Positions 8,751 to 19,084 of a DNA stretch of 46,447 nucleotides are shown here, piece by piece. Source of the stretch: Roseiarcus sp. GTDB taxonomy: Bacteria > Pseudomonadota > Alphaproteobacteria > Rhizobiales > Beijerinckiaceae. The notes below the pieces were generated by a model, which saw nothing but the letters and a program-made list of their open reading frames with translations, was not told the origin of the DNA and did not search any database. Made by a program: the position numbers and the translations under genes. Numbering within the stretch: position 1 is the stretch's first letter; every line of letters starts with the position of its first letter. The DNA is taken from positions 1 through 46,447 of the forward strand of contig DATJXI010000045.1 of NCBI GenBank assembly GCA_035500275.1, in the 5' to 3' direction.

Positions 8751-10487
8751 TTAGTCGACCGTGAAGGCGATGATGCTGTCGCCGCGCTTGAAGTCGAGCT
8801 GCGTATTCCCGCCCGCGCCGACGACAATGTACTGCTTGCCGCCGACCGTGTAGGAGGAGGGCGGCGCGTTCACGCCGGCGCCCGCCTGGAACGACCACAG
8901 CGCCTTGCCGTTCAACGAATTGTAGGCCCGGAACCAGCCGTTGCCTTCGCCCGCGAAGACGAGGCCGCCGGCGGTTGCGAGAATGCCGCCGATCATGGGC
9001 TCAGGCGTCAACACCTGCCAAACAACCTTGCCGTTATTGTAGTTGACGGCAGTGATGTTGCCGGTCTGGGCGCCGCCGGGGATGTTGGTGAAGGCGCCGC
9101 CAAGCCAGAGCTTGCCATCCGGATAGGGCGTGCTCGCTACCGTATACGTCATCTCCTGCTCGAGATTGATCGCGTAGGCCATGTTATGCGTCGGGTCCGT
9201 CGCGATTGGCGACCACTCCACCCCGCCGTTGGCCCCCGGGAACATGCGGGCCGACTTGGGGTCGAGCGGCTGGGTTGGCGTCGGCAGCGTCCACCGGTCC
9301 TTCTGCGACACCATCGGCTCGGAGAAGCGGATGAGGCTGCAGTCCTTGCGGTCATGCACGAAGATGTATCCGACCTTGCCCGCATGCAGAACGGCCGGGA
9401 TCATCTTGCCGGACTTGTCGGCCGCATTGACGAGCACAGTTGGGCTCACCGCATCGAGGTCCCAGACATCATGCGGTATGTATTGGAAGTGGCAAACGTA
9501 CTTGCCGGTGGCGAGATCCACCGAGACAAGCGAATCCGTGTAGAGATTGTCGCCGGGGCGGATGGCTCCGTCGAGGTCAGGCGAGGGATTGCCGACAACG
9601 AAATAGATGCGGTTCGCCGCCTCGTCGACCGAGGGGTTCTGCCACACGCCGCCGCCGAGCGTCTTGTAGGGGTCGCCATCCTTGGCGAGCGCCGCCTTTT
9701 CCGCCTCGATGTCACGGTGTTCGTCGCGCCCGGTGGCGTCTTTGGTCGCCCAGACGCCGACCGAGTTCTCCGGAATGGTGTCGAAGGTCCAAAGCAGCTT
9801 GCCGTCGTTAGCGTCGTAGGCCTTCACGAAACCACGAATGCCATATTCGCCGCCGTTGGTGCCGACGAGGATCTTGCCCTTGACCGCGGTCGGGGCCATC
9901 GTCTCGCTGTAGCCCTTTTCTGGGTCGCCGACCTGCTGCTCCCAGACGACCGAGCCGGTCTTGGCGTCGAGCGCGACGAGCTTGGCGTCGAGCGTTGCGA
10001 CGTAGACTTTGTCGTTGTAGACCGCGACGCCGCGGTTGTTCGGGCCGCAGCAGAACGTCGTGACGGGGCCGAGCTTCGGCTTGAAGTGCCAGATTTCTTG
10101 GCCAGTCTTTGCGTCCAGCGCATAGACGTGGCTGAACGAGGTGGTGACGTACATCACGCCGCTGACGACGATCGGCGAGGTCTCAAGCGACTCCTTCACC
10201 TCCGTCTGGAAGATCCAAGCCGGATGCAGGCGCGCTACGTTGCCGCGATTGATTTGGCTATTCGGGTAGTAGCGGGTCTGGTCGTAGTTGCCGTTGGTGT
10301 GAAGGAAGTTGTTTCCGTCGCTGGCGGCGTTGTCCAGCTCCTTCTGCGTCACCGGCGTCACGGCGGCCGCCTTTGGCGTTGAGACGGAGATGGCTTTGAT
10401 TTCCTGGGCGCCGGCCGTTCCCGCCATTACGACGGCTGCAGCGCAAATCGAACCAAGCAACAGTGGTTTATTGACGACTCGGGTCAT
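8751..10487 (-). CDS. PQQ-dependent alcohol dehydrogenase family quinoprotein
   Basis: Signal peptide, beta-propeller repeats (ALDAKTG..W), vicinal CC in [25 protein letters not shown]. Confidence 0.93.
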   Translation of the reverse strand: MTRVVNKPLLLGSICAAAVVMAGTAGAQEIKAISVSTPKAAAVTPVTQKELDNAASDGNNFLHTNGNYDQTRYYPNSQINRGNVARLHPAWIFQTEVKESLETSPIVVSGVMYVTTSFSHVYALDAKTGQEIWHFKPKLGPVTTFCCGPNNRGVAVYNDKVYVATLDAKLVALDAKTGSVVWEQQVGDPEKGYSETMAPTAVKGKILVGTNGGEYGIRGFVKAYDANDGKLLWTFDTIPENSVGVWATKDATGRDEHRDIEAEKAALAKDGDPYKTLGGGVWQNPSVDEAANRIYFVVGNPSPDLDGAIRPGDNLYTDSLVSVDLATGKYVCHFQYIPHDVWDLDAVSPTVLVNAADKSGKMIPAVLHAGKVGYIFVHDRKDCSLIRFSEPMVSQKDRWTLPTPTQPLDPKSARMFPGANGGVEWSPIATDPTHNMAYAINLEQEMTYTVASTPYPDGKLWLGGAFTNIPGGAQTGNITAVNYNNGKVVWQVLTPEPMIGGILATAGGLVFAGEGNGWFRAYNSLNGKALWSFQAGAGVNAPPSSYTVGGKQYIVVGAGGNTQLDFKRGDSIIAFTVD

Positions 10488-10646
10488 CGGCGTGTCCTCC
10501 CTGACCCGCTGAGGATGCGCCCGAAAATCGAGTTTGTCACCTGTCTGTCAAGAACCTGCCGGCCTAAAACCGCCGCTTGGCCATAATGTAAGGTGCGAGG
10601 CAGGGTCATCTGGCGCCGGACCCGCGCAGCCAGCCCTTTCCGCCGT

Positions 10647-11843
10647 TCAGTCTTGCGCCGCGACGAGGCTCTCTTCGAGCATCAACCGCGCCCGCGCCCT
10701 CAATTTCTCGCTTTGGCTTTTCAGCTGGCCGCAGGCGGCGAGGATGTCTCGGCCCCTCGGGGTGCGCACCGGGCTCGCGTAACCGGCGCTCAACACGATC
10801 TCGGAGAAGCGCTCGATCGTTCCCCAGTCCGAGCATTCGTAGGGACTGCCGGGCCAGGGATTGAAGGGGATGAGGTTGATCTTGGCCGGAATGCCCTTGA
10901 GCAGTCTAACGAGCGCCTTGGCTTCGGCCGGCAAGTCGTTGACGCCTTTCAGCATCACGTATTCGAACGTGATGCGGCGGGCGTTCGACGCGCCCGGATA
11001 CTCCCGGCAGGCCTCGAGAAGCTCTTCGATCGGGTACTTGCGGTTGAGCGGCACGAGCTTATCGCGCAGCGCGTTGTTCGCCGCGTGCAGCGAGACCGCG
11101 AGCATCGTTCCGCACTCGGCGCCGAGCCGGGCCATTTCGGGGACGACCCCCGAGGTTGAGACAGTGATGCGCCGCTTCGACAGCGAGAGCCCCTCGCCGT
11201 CGGTCAAAACGGCGATCGCGTCGCGCACGGCCTCAAAATTGTAGAGCGGCTCGCCCATGCCCATGAAGACGACGTTCGAGACCGCCCGCACGCCTTCTCC
11301 GGACGGAACAAGGCCGTCGGCCGGCGGGGCGCCGCCGGGGAAGTCGCCTAGTCGATCGCGGGCCAGCAGGACCTGCCCCACGATTTCCGCCGTGGTCAGA
11401 TTGCGCACGAGCGGCATCGTCCCGGTGTGGCAGAAGGAGCAGTTGAGCGTGCAGCCGACCTGGGCGGATACGCAGAGTGTGCCCCTGTCCGATTCCGGGA
11501 TGTAGACGCATTCGATCTCCGCACCCTTGTCGCCGGTGTAAGCGGGCGGCATCCTGAGGAGCCATTTGCGTGTGCCGTCCGCCGAAACCTGCTCGGCGGC
11601 GATTTCGGGCCGCGCGAGCGTGTGCCGCTCCGCGAGCTTTTCGAGCAGCGGGCGGGCCATGTTGCGCATCGCCGAAAATTCGCGCGCGCCGCGATGATAG
11701 ATCCAGTGCCAGAGCTGGGAGACGCGCATATTGCGCTCCCGCTCCGGGACGTCGAGTTCAAGGACGGCGCGGACCATTTCGGCGCGCGTCGCGCCGGCCA
11801 AGCGCTCGGGCGCGCCGCCCCTGGCGGACACAGCAGAGGTCAT
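10647..11843 (-). CDS. rlmN: Dual-specificity 23S rRNA m2A2503/tRNA methyltransferase RlmN
   Basis: Radical [36 protein letters not shown]. Confidence 0.98.
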   Translation of the reverse strand: MTSAVSARGGAPERLAGATRAEMVRAVLELDVPERERNMRVSQLWHWIYHRGAREFSAMRNMARPLLEKLAERHTLARPEIAAEQVSADGTRKWLLRMPPAYTGDKGAEIECVYIPESDRGTLCVSAQVGCTLNCSFCHTGTMPLVRNLTTAEIVGQVLLARDRLGDFPGGAPPADGLVPSGEGVRAVSNVVFMGMGEPLYNFEAVRDAIAVLTDGEGLSLSKRRITVSTSGVVPEMARLGAECGTMLAVSLHAANNALRDKLVPLNRKYPIEELLEACREYPGASNARRITFEYVMLKGVNDLPAEAKALVRLLKGIPAKINLIPFNPWPGSPYECSDWGTIERFSEIVLSAGYASPVRTPRGRDILAACGQLKSQSEKLRARARLMLEESLVAAQD

Positions 11844-11970
11844 GGCCAGGCTTCTAACATGAGGGTATGCGACCCACCAGCGCGCAAATGCCGCGCCTTT
11901 TCAAGGCGTAAGAGTCGATGGCGTCCACGAAGGGCTCGCTGCGGGCCCGCGCCTCAACCCAAAAGGAGCC

Positions 11971-12029
11971 AAACCGGGCCAGACATATCGTAGCCACGAA
12001 AGCCGGACAGATCGCCTCTGCCACCGACA
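11971..12029. mobile_element. Possible solo transposon/IS end
   Basis: Two 13-bp direct repeats 24 bp apart (GCCAGACATATCG 11978-11990, GCCGGACAGATCG 12002-12014), ending in CCGACA (TGTCGG on the minus strand). No transposase nearby. Confidence 0.4.
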
Positions 12030-12096
12030 TCCATTATTGAAATTGGAACACCGTAACTCACTATGGTGTATGCTGGCTCCCGAGACGAGCCCGCGC

Positions 12097-12912
12097 ATGC
12101 CCCATCCATTCGATCCAGGATACGTCGCCGAACCGTTTCTGGCTTTGTGCGCCAAATACCCCGACGCAAACGTCTATCCATCAGATCAATTTCGCCTCGA
12201 GTGGGGGCCGATCTTTCATCGCGGCCGGCTCGACGGCTCGGTGCGGGTGCTGGTAATCGGTCAAGACCCCGCGCAGCACGAGTCCGTCGTGCGGCGTATT
12301 TTGGTTGGTGAAGCCGGGCGCCGGGTGCAGGGCTTCTTAGGCAAGCTTGGGGTCACCCGCAGCTACGTGGCTATCAATACGTATTTGTACAGCGTCTACG
12401 GCAGCGTCAAGGCAAAGACTCGAAAGGACCCGAACCTAGTCGAGTACCGGAACCGTTGGCTGAAAGCGCTGCTCGTCGGAAGCAAAGTCGAAGCCGTGGT
12501 TGCGCTGGGGCAAGCGGCGGACGAGGCTTGGCGGTTCTGGACAGCGACGCCGGACGCCCCGTCCGTAAATGTCGCCTACCAAGCGGTGACGCACCCGACC
12601 CAGCCGGAAAGCTCGTCCAAGGGCGACAAGACGAAACTTGCCGCAGCAACGAAGAAGCTGCTCCGGAACTGGAACGCGGCCTTGCAAGCCTTGTCGCCTC
12701 ACGTGCAACATCCCGACGCGCCCACGCCGCTGGTCCTCTATGGCGACAGCTGGGTCGACGGCGACAGAGTGGAGATTCCCGGGTCCGATTTCCCCGCCGG
12801 CTTGCCGGGATGGATGCATGAGCAAGACGGCTGGGCGGCGCGCGTGGGCGGCGATGACCTCGCCAAGCGGCGCAATATAACGATCACGGTCCCAAAGGGG
12901 GTGCTCTCATGA
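12097..12912 (+). CDS. Uracil-DNA glycosylase superfamily protein
   Basis: VLVIGQDPA (motif A), LVGEAG, YVAIN, VVALG, VTHPT (motif B). Start taken at ATG 12097 (MPHPFDPG). Confidence 0.8.
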   Translation: MPHPFDPGYVAEPFLALCAKYPDANVYPSDQFRLEWGPIFHRGRLDGSVRVLVIGQDPAQHESVVRRILVGEAGRRVQGFLGKLGVTRSYVAINTYLYSVYGSVKAKTRKDPNLVEYRNRWLKALLVGSKVEAVVALGQAADEAWRFWTATPDAPSVNVAYQAVTHPTQPESSSKGDKTKLAAATKKLLRNWNAALQALSPHVQHPDAPTPLVLYGDSWVDGDRVEIPGSDFPAGLPGWMHEQDGWAARVGGDDLAKRRNITITVPKGVLS

Positions 12913-14675
12913 CCGAGTTCCAGCGCCGCTGGTATCCGCTCGCCGGAGGCCCGCCCGCGCAGCGAGGCGCACAGGCGCTGGCCGCGAAGAAGCGAGGGCC
13001 GATCGACCCTCTTGACGGCCCGAAGTTGGCGCTGGCCGGACGCGCGGTGCTCATGGATGAGGCGTTCACGGTCAAGAATGACGCTATCATTTACGTCGAA
13101 CGCGGCTCCATAGTCGCTGTGCAGGACCGCGCCATGGTGCCTCCCACTGGCTTCGATGGGGTTGGTCTGGTGGACACCGGCGGCACGCTCTTCCCCGGGC
13201 TGATCGAGCTGCACAACCACCTCAGCTACAATGCGCTGCCTCTGTGGAGCCCGGTGCCCAAGCTTTTCCAGCACCGCGGCCAGTGGCCGGACCACCCAGA
13301 CTACCGCAAGCTCATCAGCGGTCCGATGACAGTCGTGGGTGAATATCGGGATGCACAAGGCAAGTCCATGCTGCTGGCGCCCCTGGTTCGCTACGTCGAG
13401 TGCAAGTGCCTGCTCGGGGGAGTGACGACCAGCCAGGGGATCATGCTCGCCAGCAACGCGGGCGTTCAGCGCTTCTACCGCGGTATCGTGCGGAACGTTG
13501 AGCAAACCGACGATCCAAACCTGCTCGAGGCGGAGGGGCGCATTGCCGACGTGGACGCAAAGGACGCGCGCGCCTTTCTGGCCCGGCTGAAGAAGGAGCG
13601 TGGTTGTCTCCTGCTGCATCTGAGCGAGGGGGTGACCAAGCCAGATCAATCGGACTCGGTGGCCCGCCGGCATTTCCTCGCGCTCAATGTGGCGCCGGAC
13701 CAATGGGCAATCAGCGACCATTTTGCGGGCATCCATTCGGCCGGCTTACTGCCCGAGGATTTCGAGGTGCTCGCCGCGAATGGGGGCTCGATGGTTTGGT
13801 CGCCCCTCAGCAACCTGCTGTTCTACGGGGCGACCGCCCGCGTGGATGCGGCCAAGCGAGCCGGGGTTCGCATCGGGTTGGGCAGCGATTGGTCGCCGTC
13901 CGGCAGCAAGAACCTGCTTGGCGAACTGAAGGTGGCGTGGCTCTACTCGCAGCACGCTCTGGGGGGCCTGTTCAACGCGCGTGACCTGGTCGCGATGGCG
14001 ACACGCGACGCCGCCGCCATCATCGGGTGGCAGAACGCGCTCGGCGCTCTGGAGCCCGGCAAGCGCGCCGACATGGTCGTGATCGACGGGAAAGAGGACG
14101 ATCCGTATGAGGGGCTCGTCAAGGCGAAGGAGACCTCGATCCGGCTGGTGATGATCAACGGCGTCGCGCGCTACGGCGCGCCCGACTTGATGGACGCCTT
14201 CGGGTCGGAAGGCGAAAAGCTGACTGTAGGGGGTCAGCAGCGGCGGTTGTTCCTCAAACAGGCCACCGCCGATCCCGATGTGTCCAGCGTTTCGCTACGC
14301 AGGGCCCGAAGCACCCTGAGCAAGGCTTTTCGTGATTTACCCAAACTGGCGCGCGACCTGGAGAAACCAAAGCCGAAAAAGGCCGCGCGCGCGGCGCTTG
14401 ACGCTCCGCAGCCGGTGATTTGGTCGCTCGCGCTCGACGAGATCCAAGCCACCGGGGTCGACCTGCGCCCTCGGCTGCCTTTCAACGGCCCGCGCGACTT
14501 CACCGGGCCGCACCGCGTATCGGCGCGCGCTGCCGCAGCGCCGCTCTCGACGATTCTCCAGCCCATGGCGCTGGACCCCCTCACCGTAGCCGACGACCCC
14601 GATTTCCTGCTGAAGATCTCGAAGCAGCCCAACGTGCCCGACCCCATTCGCGCCGGGCTGGCGCAGCTCTACTGA
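12909..14675 (+). CDS. Metal-dependent amidohydrolase/deaminase superfamily protein
   Basis: PGLIELHNH (HxH), LHLSEG, GIHS, WSPLSN, LGSDWSPSG, MATRDAA, GALEPGKRAD. ATGA overlap with the upstream gene. Confidence 0.9.
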   Translation: MTEFQRRWYPLAGGPPAQRGAQALAAKKRGPIDPLDGPKLALAGRAVLMDEAFTVKNDAIIYVERGSIVAVQDRAMVPPTGFDGVGLVDTGGTLFPGLIELHNHLSYNALPLWSPVPKLFQHRGQWPDHPDYRKLISGPMTVVGEYRDAQGKSMLLAPLVRYVECKCLLGGVTTSQGIMLASNAGVQRFYRGIVRNVEQTDDPNLLEAEGRIADVDAKDARAFLARLKKERGCLLLHLSEGVTKPDQSDSVARRHFLALNVAPDQWAISDHFAGIHSAGLLPEDFEVLAANGGSMVWSPLSNLLFYGATARVDAAKRAGVRIGLGSDWSPSGSKNLLGELKVAWLYSQHALGGLFNARDLVAMATRDAAAIIGWQNALGALEPGKRADMVVIDGKEDDPYEGLVKAKETSIRLVMINGVARYGAPDLMDAFGSEGEKLTVGGQQRRLFLKQATADPDVSSVSLRRARSTLSKAFRDLPKLARDLEKPKPKKAARAALDAPQPVIWSLALDEIQATGVDLRPRLPFNGPRDFTGPHRVSARAAAAPLSTILQPMALDPLTVADDPDFLLKISKQPNVPDPIRAGLAQLY

Positions 14676-14695
14676 GGAATCGCTCGCCCGCTAGA

Positions 14696-14714
14696 TTAAC
14701 GTCACGCTAACCAT
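14696..14714. promoter_or_regulatory. Candidate CtrA box
   Basis: TTAA-cgtcacg-CTAACCAT: one mismatch to TTAA-N7-TTAAC, upstream of a lytic transglycosylase. Confidence 0.3.
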
Positions 14715-14789
14715 GACTCCGCCCGGCCAAGGTTCGGCCCCGTTTCGCAGTTAGCCGTCGCCGAATTGGCATCGATGAAGGCTGAGACC

Positions 14790-15608
14790 ATGCGGGCGAG
14801 ATGGATCAAGATCGCGGCCTTGGCGGCCGCCGCGACGGCGTTTTGCGCGCCGGCGGAGGCTGTGCAGTGCGGCAACACGCCGGAAGGTTTTCGCGCCTGG
14901 CTTGAAGACTTCAAGCAGGTCGCGATCAACGACGGGGTATCCCCGGAGGTCGTGGATGCGGCATTCGCGACCGCCACTTTCGATCCGTCCGTGCTCGCTC
15001 ACGATCGCGGTCAGAGGGCGCTCCAGGGGAACTACGCCGCGTTTGCGGCGAGCCACATCACGCCCAGCAGGGTCAAGAAAGGAAAGACGATGCTCCTGGC
15101 TTACGCCGAGCCGCTCGAACGGATCGAGCAGCAATTCGGGGTGCCGGGCCCGGTGCTGGTGGCGATCTGGGGGCTTGAGACGGATTTTGGCGCGGGCCTC
15201 GGCACGTATCCGACCTTCAGCGCGCTCGCGACCCTGGCCTACGACTGCCGGCGCGGAAATCTCTACAAAGCGGAGCTGATTGACGCTCTGATGATCGTTG
15301 AGCGCGGGCTGCTGCGGCCCGAGCAAATGCGCGGCGCCTGGGCGGGCGAACTCGGCCAGACGCAGTTCATGCCGTCCGCCTATCTCAAATACGGGGTGTC
15401 GTCGAACGGCGGCCGTGGCGGGGACCTCATGCGAAACTCGGCGGACGCGCTCGCCTCGACCGCCAATTTCTTGAGCCAGAAGGGCTGGCAGCGCGGAGCC
15501 GCATGGGACCCGGGCCAGCCGAATTTTTCCGTCCTGCTCGAATGGAACTCGGCTGAGGTTTACGCGAGGACGATCGCGGAGTTCGCCGACCGGCTCGCGG
15601 CGCCCTGA
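14790..15608 (+). CDS. Lytic murein transglycosylase (MltB/SLT_2 family)
   Basis: Signal peptide, FGVPGPVLVAIWGLETDFG, LATLAYDCRR, GAWAGELGQTQFMPS, DALASTANFL. Confidence 0.93.
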   Translation: MRARWIKIAALAAAATAFCAPAEAVQCGNTPEGFRAWLEDFKQVAINDGVSPEVVDAAFATATFDPSVLAHDRGQRALQGNYAAFAASHITPSRVKKGKTMLLAYAEPLERIEQQFGVPGPVLVAIWGLETDFGAGLGTYPTFSALATLAYDCRRGNLYKAELIDALMIVERGLLRPEQMRGAWAGELGQTQFMPSAYLKYGVSSNGGRGGDLMRNSADALASTANFLSQKGWQRGAAWDPGQPNFSVLLEWNSAEVYARTIAEFADRLAAP

Positions 15609-15622
15609 GGGATGGGCGCTGC

Positions 15623-16666
15623 CTAGCCGCCGAAAACCTCGTTGCTCTGGGCGCTGACCCGCACGAAGGTCGTGCGCTTCGACACCTCCTTGAGGCGGGC
15701 GGCGCCGATGTAGGTCATCATGGAGCGGACGCCGCCCATGATCTCGCCCATCGTGTTGTCGACCGGGCCGCGGTACGGGATCTCGACGGTCTTGCCTTCC
15801 GCCGCCCGATAGTGGGCGACCCCACCCGAGTGCTTCTGCATCGCGGTCTCCGAGGACATACCGTAAAACGTCATGCCGACCGGGACCTTCTCGCCGTCGC
15901 GCTCCTCGTAGCGGACTTCGCCGTCGCATTCGTCGTGTCCGGCCAGCATGCCGCCCAGCATGACGAAATCGGCCCCCGCCCCGAAGGCTTTCGCGATGTC
16001 GCCGGGAACCGTGCAGCCGCCGTCCGCGCAAACTTGGCCCTTGAGCCCGTGGGCGGCATCGGCGCATTCGATGATTGCGGATAGCTGCGGGTAGCCGACG
16101 CCGGTGACGCGGCGGGTGGTGCAGACGGAGCCGGGGCCGATGCCGATCTTGACGATGTCGGCGCCGGCCAGGATCAAAGCCTCGGTCATGTCGCCGGTCA
16201 CGACATTGCCGGCCATGATGACCGCCTCCGGATGGTCGTCGCGCACGCGCCTTACGACGTCGAGGAACTTCTCGGCGTAGCCGTTGGCGACGTCGAGGCA
16301 GATGAAGCCGATGCGGGCGGCCTTGGCGACAGCGGCAAGTTTCTTGAGGTCGGCCGCCGTCGTGCCGAGGGAGTAGAAGGCGTGAGCGCCGTCCGACCCC
16401 GAGAAGAACTTGACGAGCTCGGCTTCGGGATAATGCTTGTGGAGCGCGGTCAGCGCCCTGTGCCGGCCAAGCGCGCGCGCCATCGCCATCGTTCCTGTCA
16501 CGTCCATATTGGCGGCGATGATGGGAAAGCCCTTCCACTCGCCGCCCGTATGCAGGAATCGGAAGACCCGCGTGACATCGACGGCGCTGCGGGTATTGAG
16601 CGTCGAGCGCTTCGGGCGGATGAGAACGTCCTTGAAATCCAGTTTGACGTCGGTTTCGATGCGCAT
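15623..16666 (-). CDS. guaC: GMP reductase
   Basis: [62 protein letters not shown]; 347 aa with no CBS pair. Confidence 0.97.
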   Translation of the reverse strand: MRIETDVKLDFKDVLIRPKRSTLNTRSAVDVTRVFRFLHTGGEWKGFPIIAANMDVTGTMAMARALGRHRALTALHKHYPEAELVKFFSGSDGAHAFYSLGTTAADLKKLAAVAKAARIGFICLDVANGYAEKFLDVVRRVRDDHPEAVIMAGNVVTGDMTEALILAGADIVKIGIGPGSVCTTRRVTGVGYPQLSAIIECADAAHGLKGQVCADGGCTVPGDIAKAFGAGADFVMLGGMLAGHDECDGEVRYEERDGEKVPVGMTFYGMSSETAMQKHSGGVAHYRAAEGKTVEIPYRGPVDNTMGEIMGGVRSMMTYIGAARLKEVSKRTTFVRVSAQSNEVFGG

Positions 16667-16777
16667 GGGAGACCTGTGGCGGTCGGCAAGGCCTAGCGGC
16701 GGCAGCTTGGATTTGATTTACCATAAGCCGGGGTGGAAGCGCATCGGATTGCGTGAGCGAGGAAGGAAGATCGAGGC

Positions 16778-17413
16778 ATGAGCGACGAACTGGTCTTTTA
16801 CGCCCATCCGATGTCGCGGTCGCGCATCGTCCGCTGGATGCTGGAGGAGATCGGGCGGCCGTACCAGACGAAAATCCTCGAGTTCGGGCACTCAATGAAG
16901 GCGCCGGACTATCTGACGATCAATCCGATGGGCAAGGTGCCGGCGCTGCAGCACGGGGACACGGTGATCACGGAAGCCGCCGCCATCTGCCTCTATCTTG
17001 CGGACGCCTTCCCCGACGTCGGACTCGCGCCGCCGCCGGGCTCCCGCGAGCGAGGTCCGTACTACCGCTGGTTCTTCTTCGGAGCGGGACCCTTGGAGGC
17101 GGCCGTCACCGACAAGGCGCTCGGTTTCGAAGTCCCGGTCGAACGCGAGGGAATGGTCGGCTACGGCAATCTCGAGCGAACGCTGGCGGCGATCGAAGGC
17201 GAGCTTTACCGGACCGACTATATCGCCGGCGATCGCTTCACCGCCGCCGACGTCTATGTCGGCTCGCATATCGGCTGGGGCATGGGCTTCGGGGACATCG
17301 ACAAGCGCCCCGCTTTCGAACGCTACTGGACGCTCATCAGCGCGCGCCCCGCTGCGATTCGGGCCAAAGCGATCGATGACGCGCTCGTCGAGGAGCGGCG
17401 GAAGGCGAGCTGA
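16778..17413 (+). CDS. Glutathione S-transferase
   Basis: PMSRS, INPMGKVPAL, ITEAAAICLYLAD, GDRFTAADV. Confidence 0.95.
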   Translation: MSDELVFYAHPMSRSRIVRWMLEEIGRPYQTKILEFGHSMKAPDYLTINPMGKVPALQHGDTVITEAAAICLYLADAFPDVGLAPPPGSRERGPYYRWFFFGAGPLEAAVTDKALGFEVPVEREGMVGYGNLERTLAAIEGELYRTDYIAGDRFTAADVYVGSHIGWGMGFGDIDKRPAFERYWTLISARPAAIRAKAIDDALVEERRKAS

Positions 17414-17437
17414 AACTTCGGGCGGAAGAGAACGACA

Positions 17438-18184
17438 ATGCGCCTCAAGGGCAAGACCGCGCTCGTCACCGGGGCGGGGCAGGGGTTCGGTTACGGCATC
17501 GCCGAGATTTTCGTCCGCGAGGGCGCGCGCGTCGCTTGCCTCGATCTGAAGGCCGAGGTCGCCGACGCGGCCGCCAAGCGCTTCGGCGACAGCGCGATCG
17601 CCCTGCGTGGCGACGTCTCAAACCGCGACGACGTTGAGCAGGCGGCCAAGGCCGCCATCGACGCCTTCGGACGGGTGGACATCGTCGTCAATAACGCGGG
17701 CACCACGCACCGCAACAAGCCGCTCATGGAGGTCGACGAGGCGGAGTTCGACCGCATCTTCGCGGTCAACGTGAAGTCGATTTTCCTCACCGCGCAGGCC
17801 TTCGTGCCCCACATGCGGGAGAAGGGCGGCGGCGTCATTGTCAACGTCGGCTCGACCGCTGGCTTGCGCCCGCGCCCCGGGCTCACCGTCTACAACGCCT
17901 CAAAGGGCGCGGTGCACGTGATGACGAAATCCATGGCGGTCGAGCTTGCGCCCGACAAGATCAGGGTCTGCGCGCTGGCGCCGGTGGCCGGCGAAACGCC
18001 GCTCCTCGCCATGTTCATGGGCGAGGACACCCCGGAAAAGCGCGCGGCCTTCAAGGCGACGGTGCCGCTCGGGCGGTTCTCAACGCCCTACGACATCGGG
18101 GCGGCCGCGCTTTATCTCGCGAGCGACGAGGCCGCGTTCCTGACCGGCGTGGTGCTCGAGGTGGACGGCGGACGGTGCATTTGA
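17438..18184 (+). CDS. Short-chain dehydrogenase/reductase (FabG-like)
   Basis: TGAGQGFG, NNAG, YNASK, VDGG. Confidence 0.95.
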   Translation: MRLKGKTALVTGAGQGFGYGIAEIFVREGARVACLDLKAEVADAAAKRFGDSAIALRGDVSNRDDVEQAAKAAIDAFGRVDIVVNNAGTTHRNKPLMEVDEAEFDRIFAVNVKSIFLTAQAFVPHMREKGGGVIVNVGSTAGLRPRPGLTVYNASKGAVHVMTKSMAVELAPDKIRVCALAPVAGETPLLAMFMGEDTPEKRAAFKATVPLGRFSTPYDIGAAALYLASDEAAFLTGVVLEVDGGRCI

Positions 18185-18189
18185 AGGGG

Positions 18190-18435
18190 CTATTCCCCCG
18201 GGAAAAACGCCACCACCTCCGCCTCGATCCGCGGCGGGTCGAGCCGGACGGCGCCCTCGCGCGGAATGCGTGTTTCGATCGCGCCGGCCTCCCCGCGCTT
18301 GTGCCAGATCATGACCCTGCGGTCGGGGTTGAGAATGAGATAGTGCTCGACGCTTGCGGGTGAGAAAAAGCAGTCGAGCTTGATTCAATGGTCGTCGGCT
18401 GCCGTGCTCGGCGATAGGGCCTCGACGACGGCTGA
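18190..18435 (-). pseudogene. Uma2 (DUF820) endonuclease remnant, C-terminal half only
   Basis: Hand translation gives AVVEALSPSTAADDH*IKLDCFFSPASVEHYLILNPDRRVMIWHKRG...RLDPPRIE. In-frame TGA at 18385-18387; N-terminal half absent. Confidence 0.8.
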
Positions 18436-18695
18436 CCCGCTGTTCGCGCGCAAGGTAGCGTTTCCGTTGGGTGGGCCGTGCAAGCAAAAAGCCTCCCCAG
18501 CAACAGCTTGGCCTAACATGGTTTCGACAAGGCCCTAGTGAAGCCATCGTATTGACCTCAGCGTGGCGCCGTTGTGACAGGTTGACAGAAGGATTCAACC
18601 TTCCGGAATCAAAGCGGATGATTGTCAGGCGCGTCATCATATCGGCAATTTCCTCTTGTATCTACGAATCTGGGGGCGAACGTGAGGAGATCCAT

Positions 18696-18998
18696 ATGAC
18701 TCAGCATGCGCTCTATGTTCAACTCGAAGCCAAGCCCGGAAAGGAGCAGGAGGTCGCGACCCTCCTATCCAACGCACCGAGCATGGTCCGTGACGAGCCG
18801 GATACAACAGCTTGGTTCGCGATCCGGATGGGGCCGAGGACCTTCGGCAAATTCGACGCATTCGCCAACGAGCGGGGCCGAGAAGCCCATCTCCAGGGCA
18901 AACTCGCGACGCAAATCCGGTCGAAGGCGCCGGAACTGTTCGTCAAGACGCCGGAAATTCAGCGAATGGAAGTTCTCGCCGACAAGCTGCCTCACTAA
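18696..18998 (+). CDS. Antibiotic biosynthesis monooxygenase (ABM)-family protein
   Basis: LEAKPGKEQEV, EPDTTAWFA, FDAFANERGREAHL. Start ATG 18696 after GAGGAG. Confidence 0.88.
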   Translation: MTQHALYVQLEAKPGKEQEVATLLSNAPSMVRDEPDTTAWFAIRMGPRTFGKFDAFANERGREAHLQGKLATQIRSKAPELFVKTPEIQRMEVLADKLPH

Positions 18999-19047
18999 TT
19001 GAGAAGCCGCCGCGCGCCCAAGATCGGCGCGCGCGATTCGGCGACCT

Positions 19048-19084
19048 CGAAAGCGCGGCGATGATTCCGCCGCGCTTTCGTTTT
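19048..19084 (+). terminator. Intrinsic terminator
   Basis: Perfect 13-bp stem CGAAAGCGCGGCG-atgattc-CGCCGCGCTTTCG followed by TTTT, 50 bp after the ABM gene stop. Confidence 0.75.

Noticed and set aside
14751-16895. 714-aa minus-strand ORF spanning guaC and the transglycosylase
   Set aside because: Alternative-frame artefact with Arg/Gly-rich nonsense composition.
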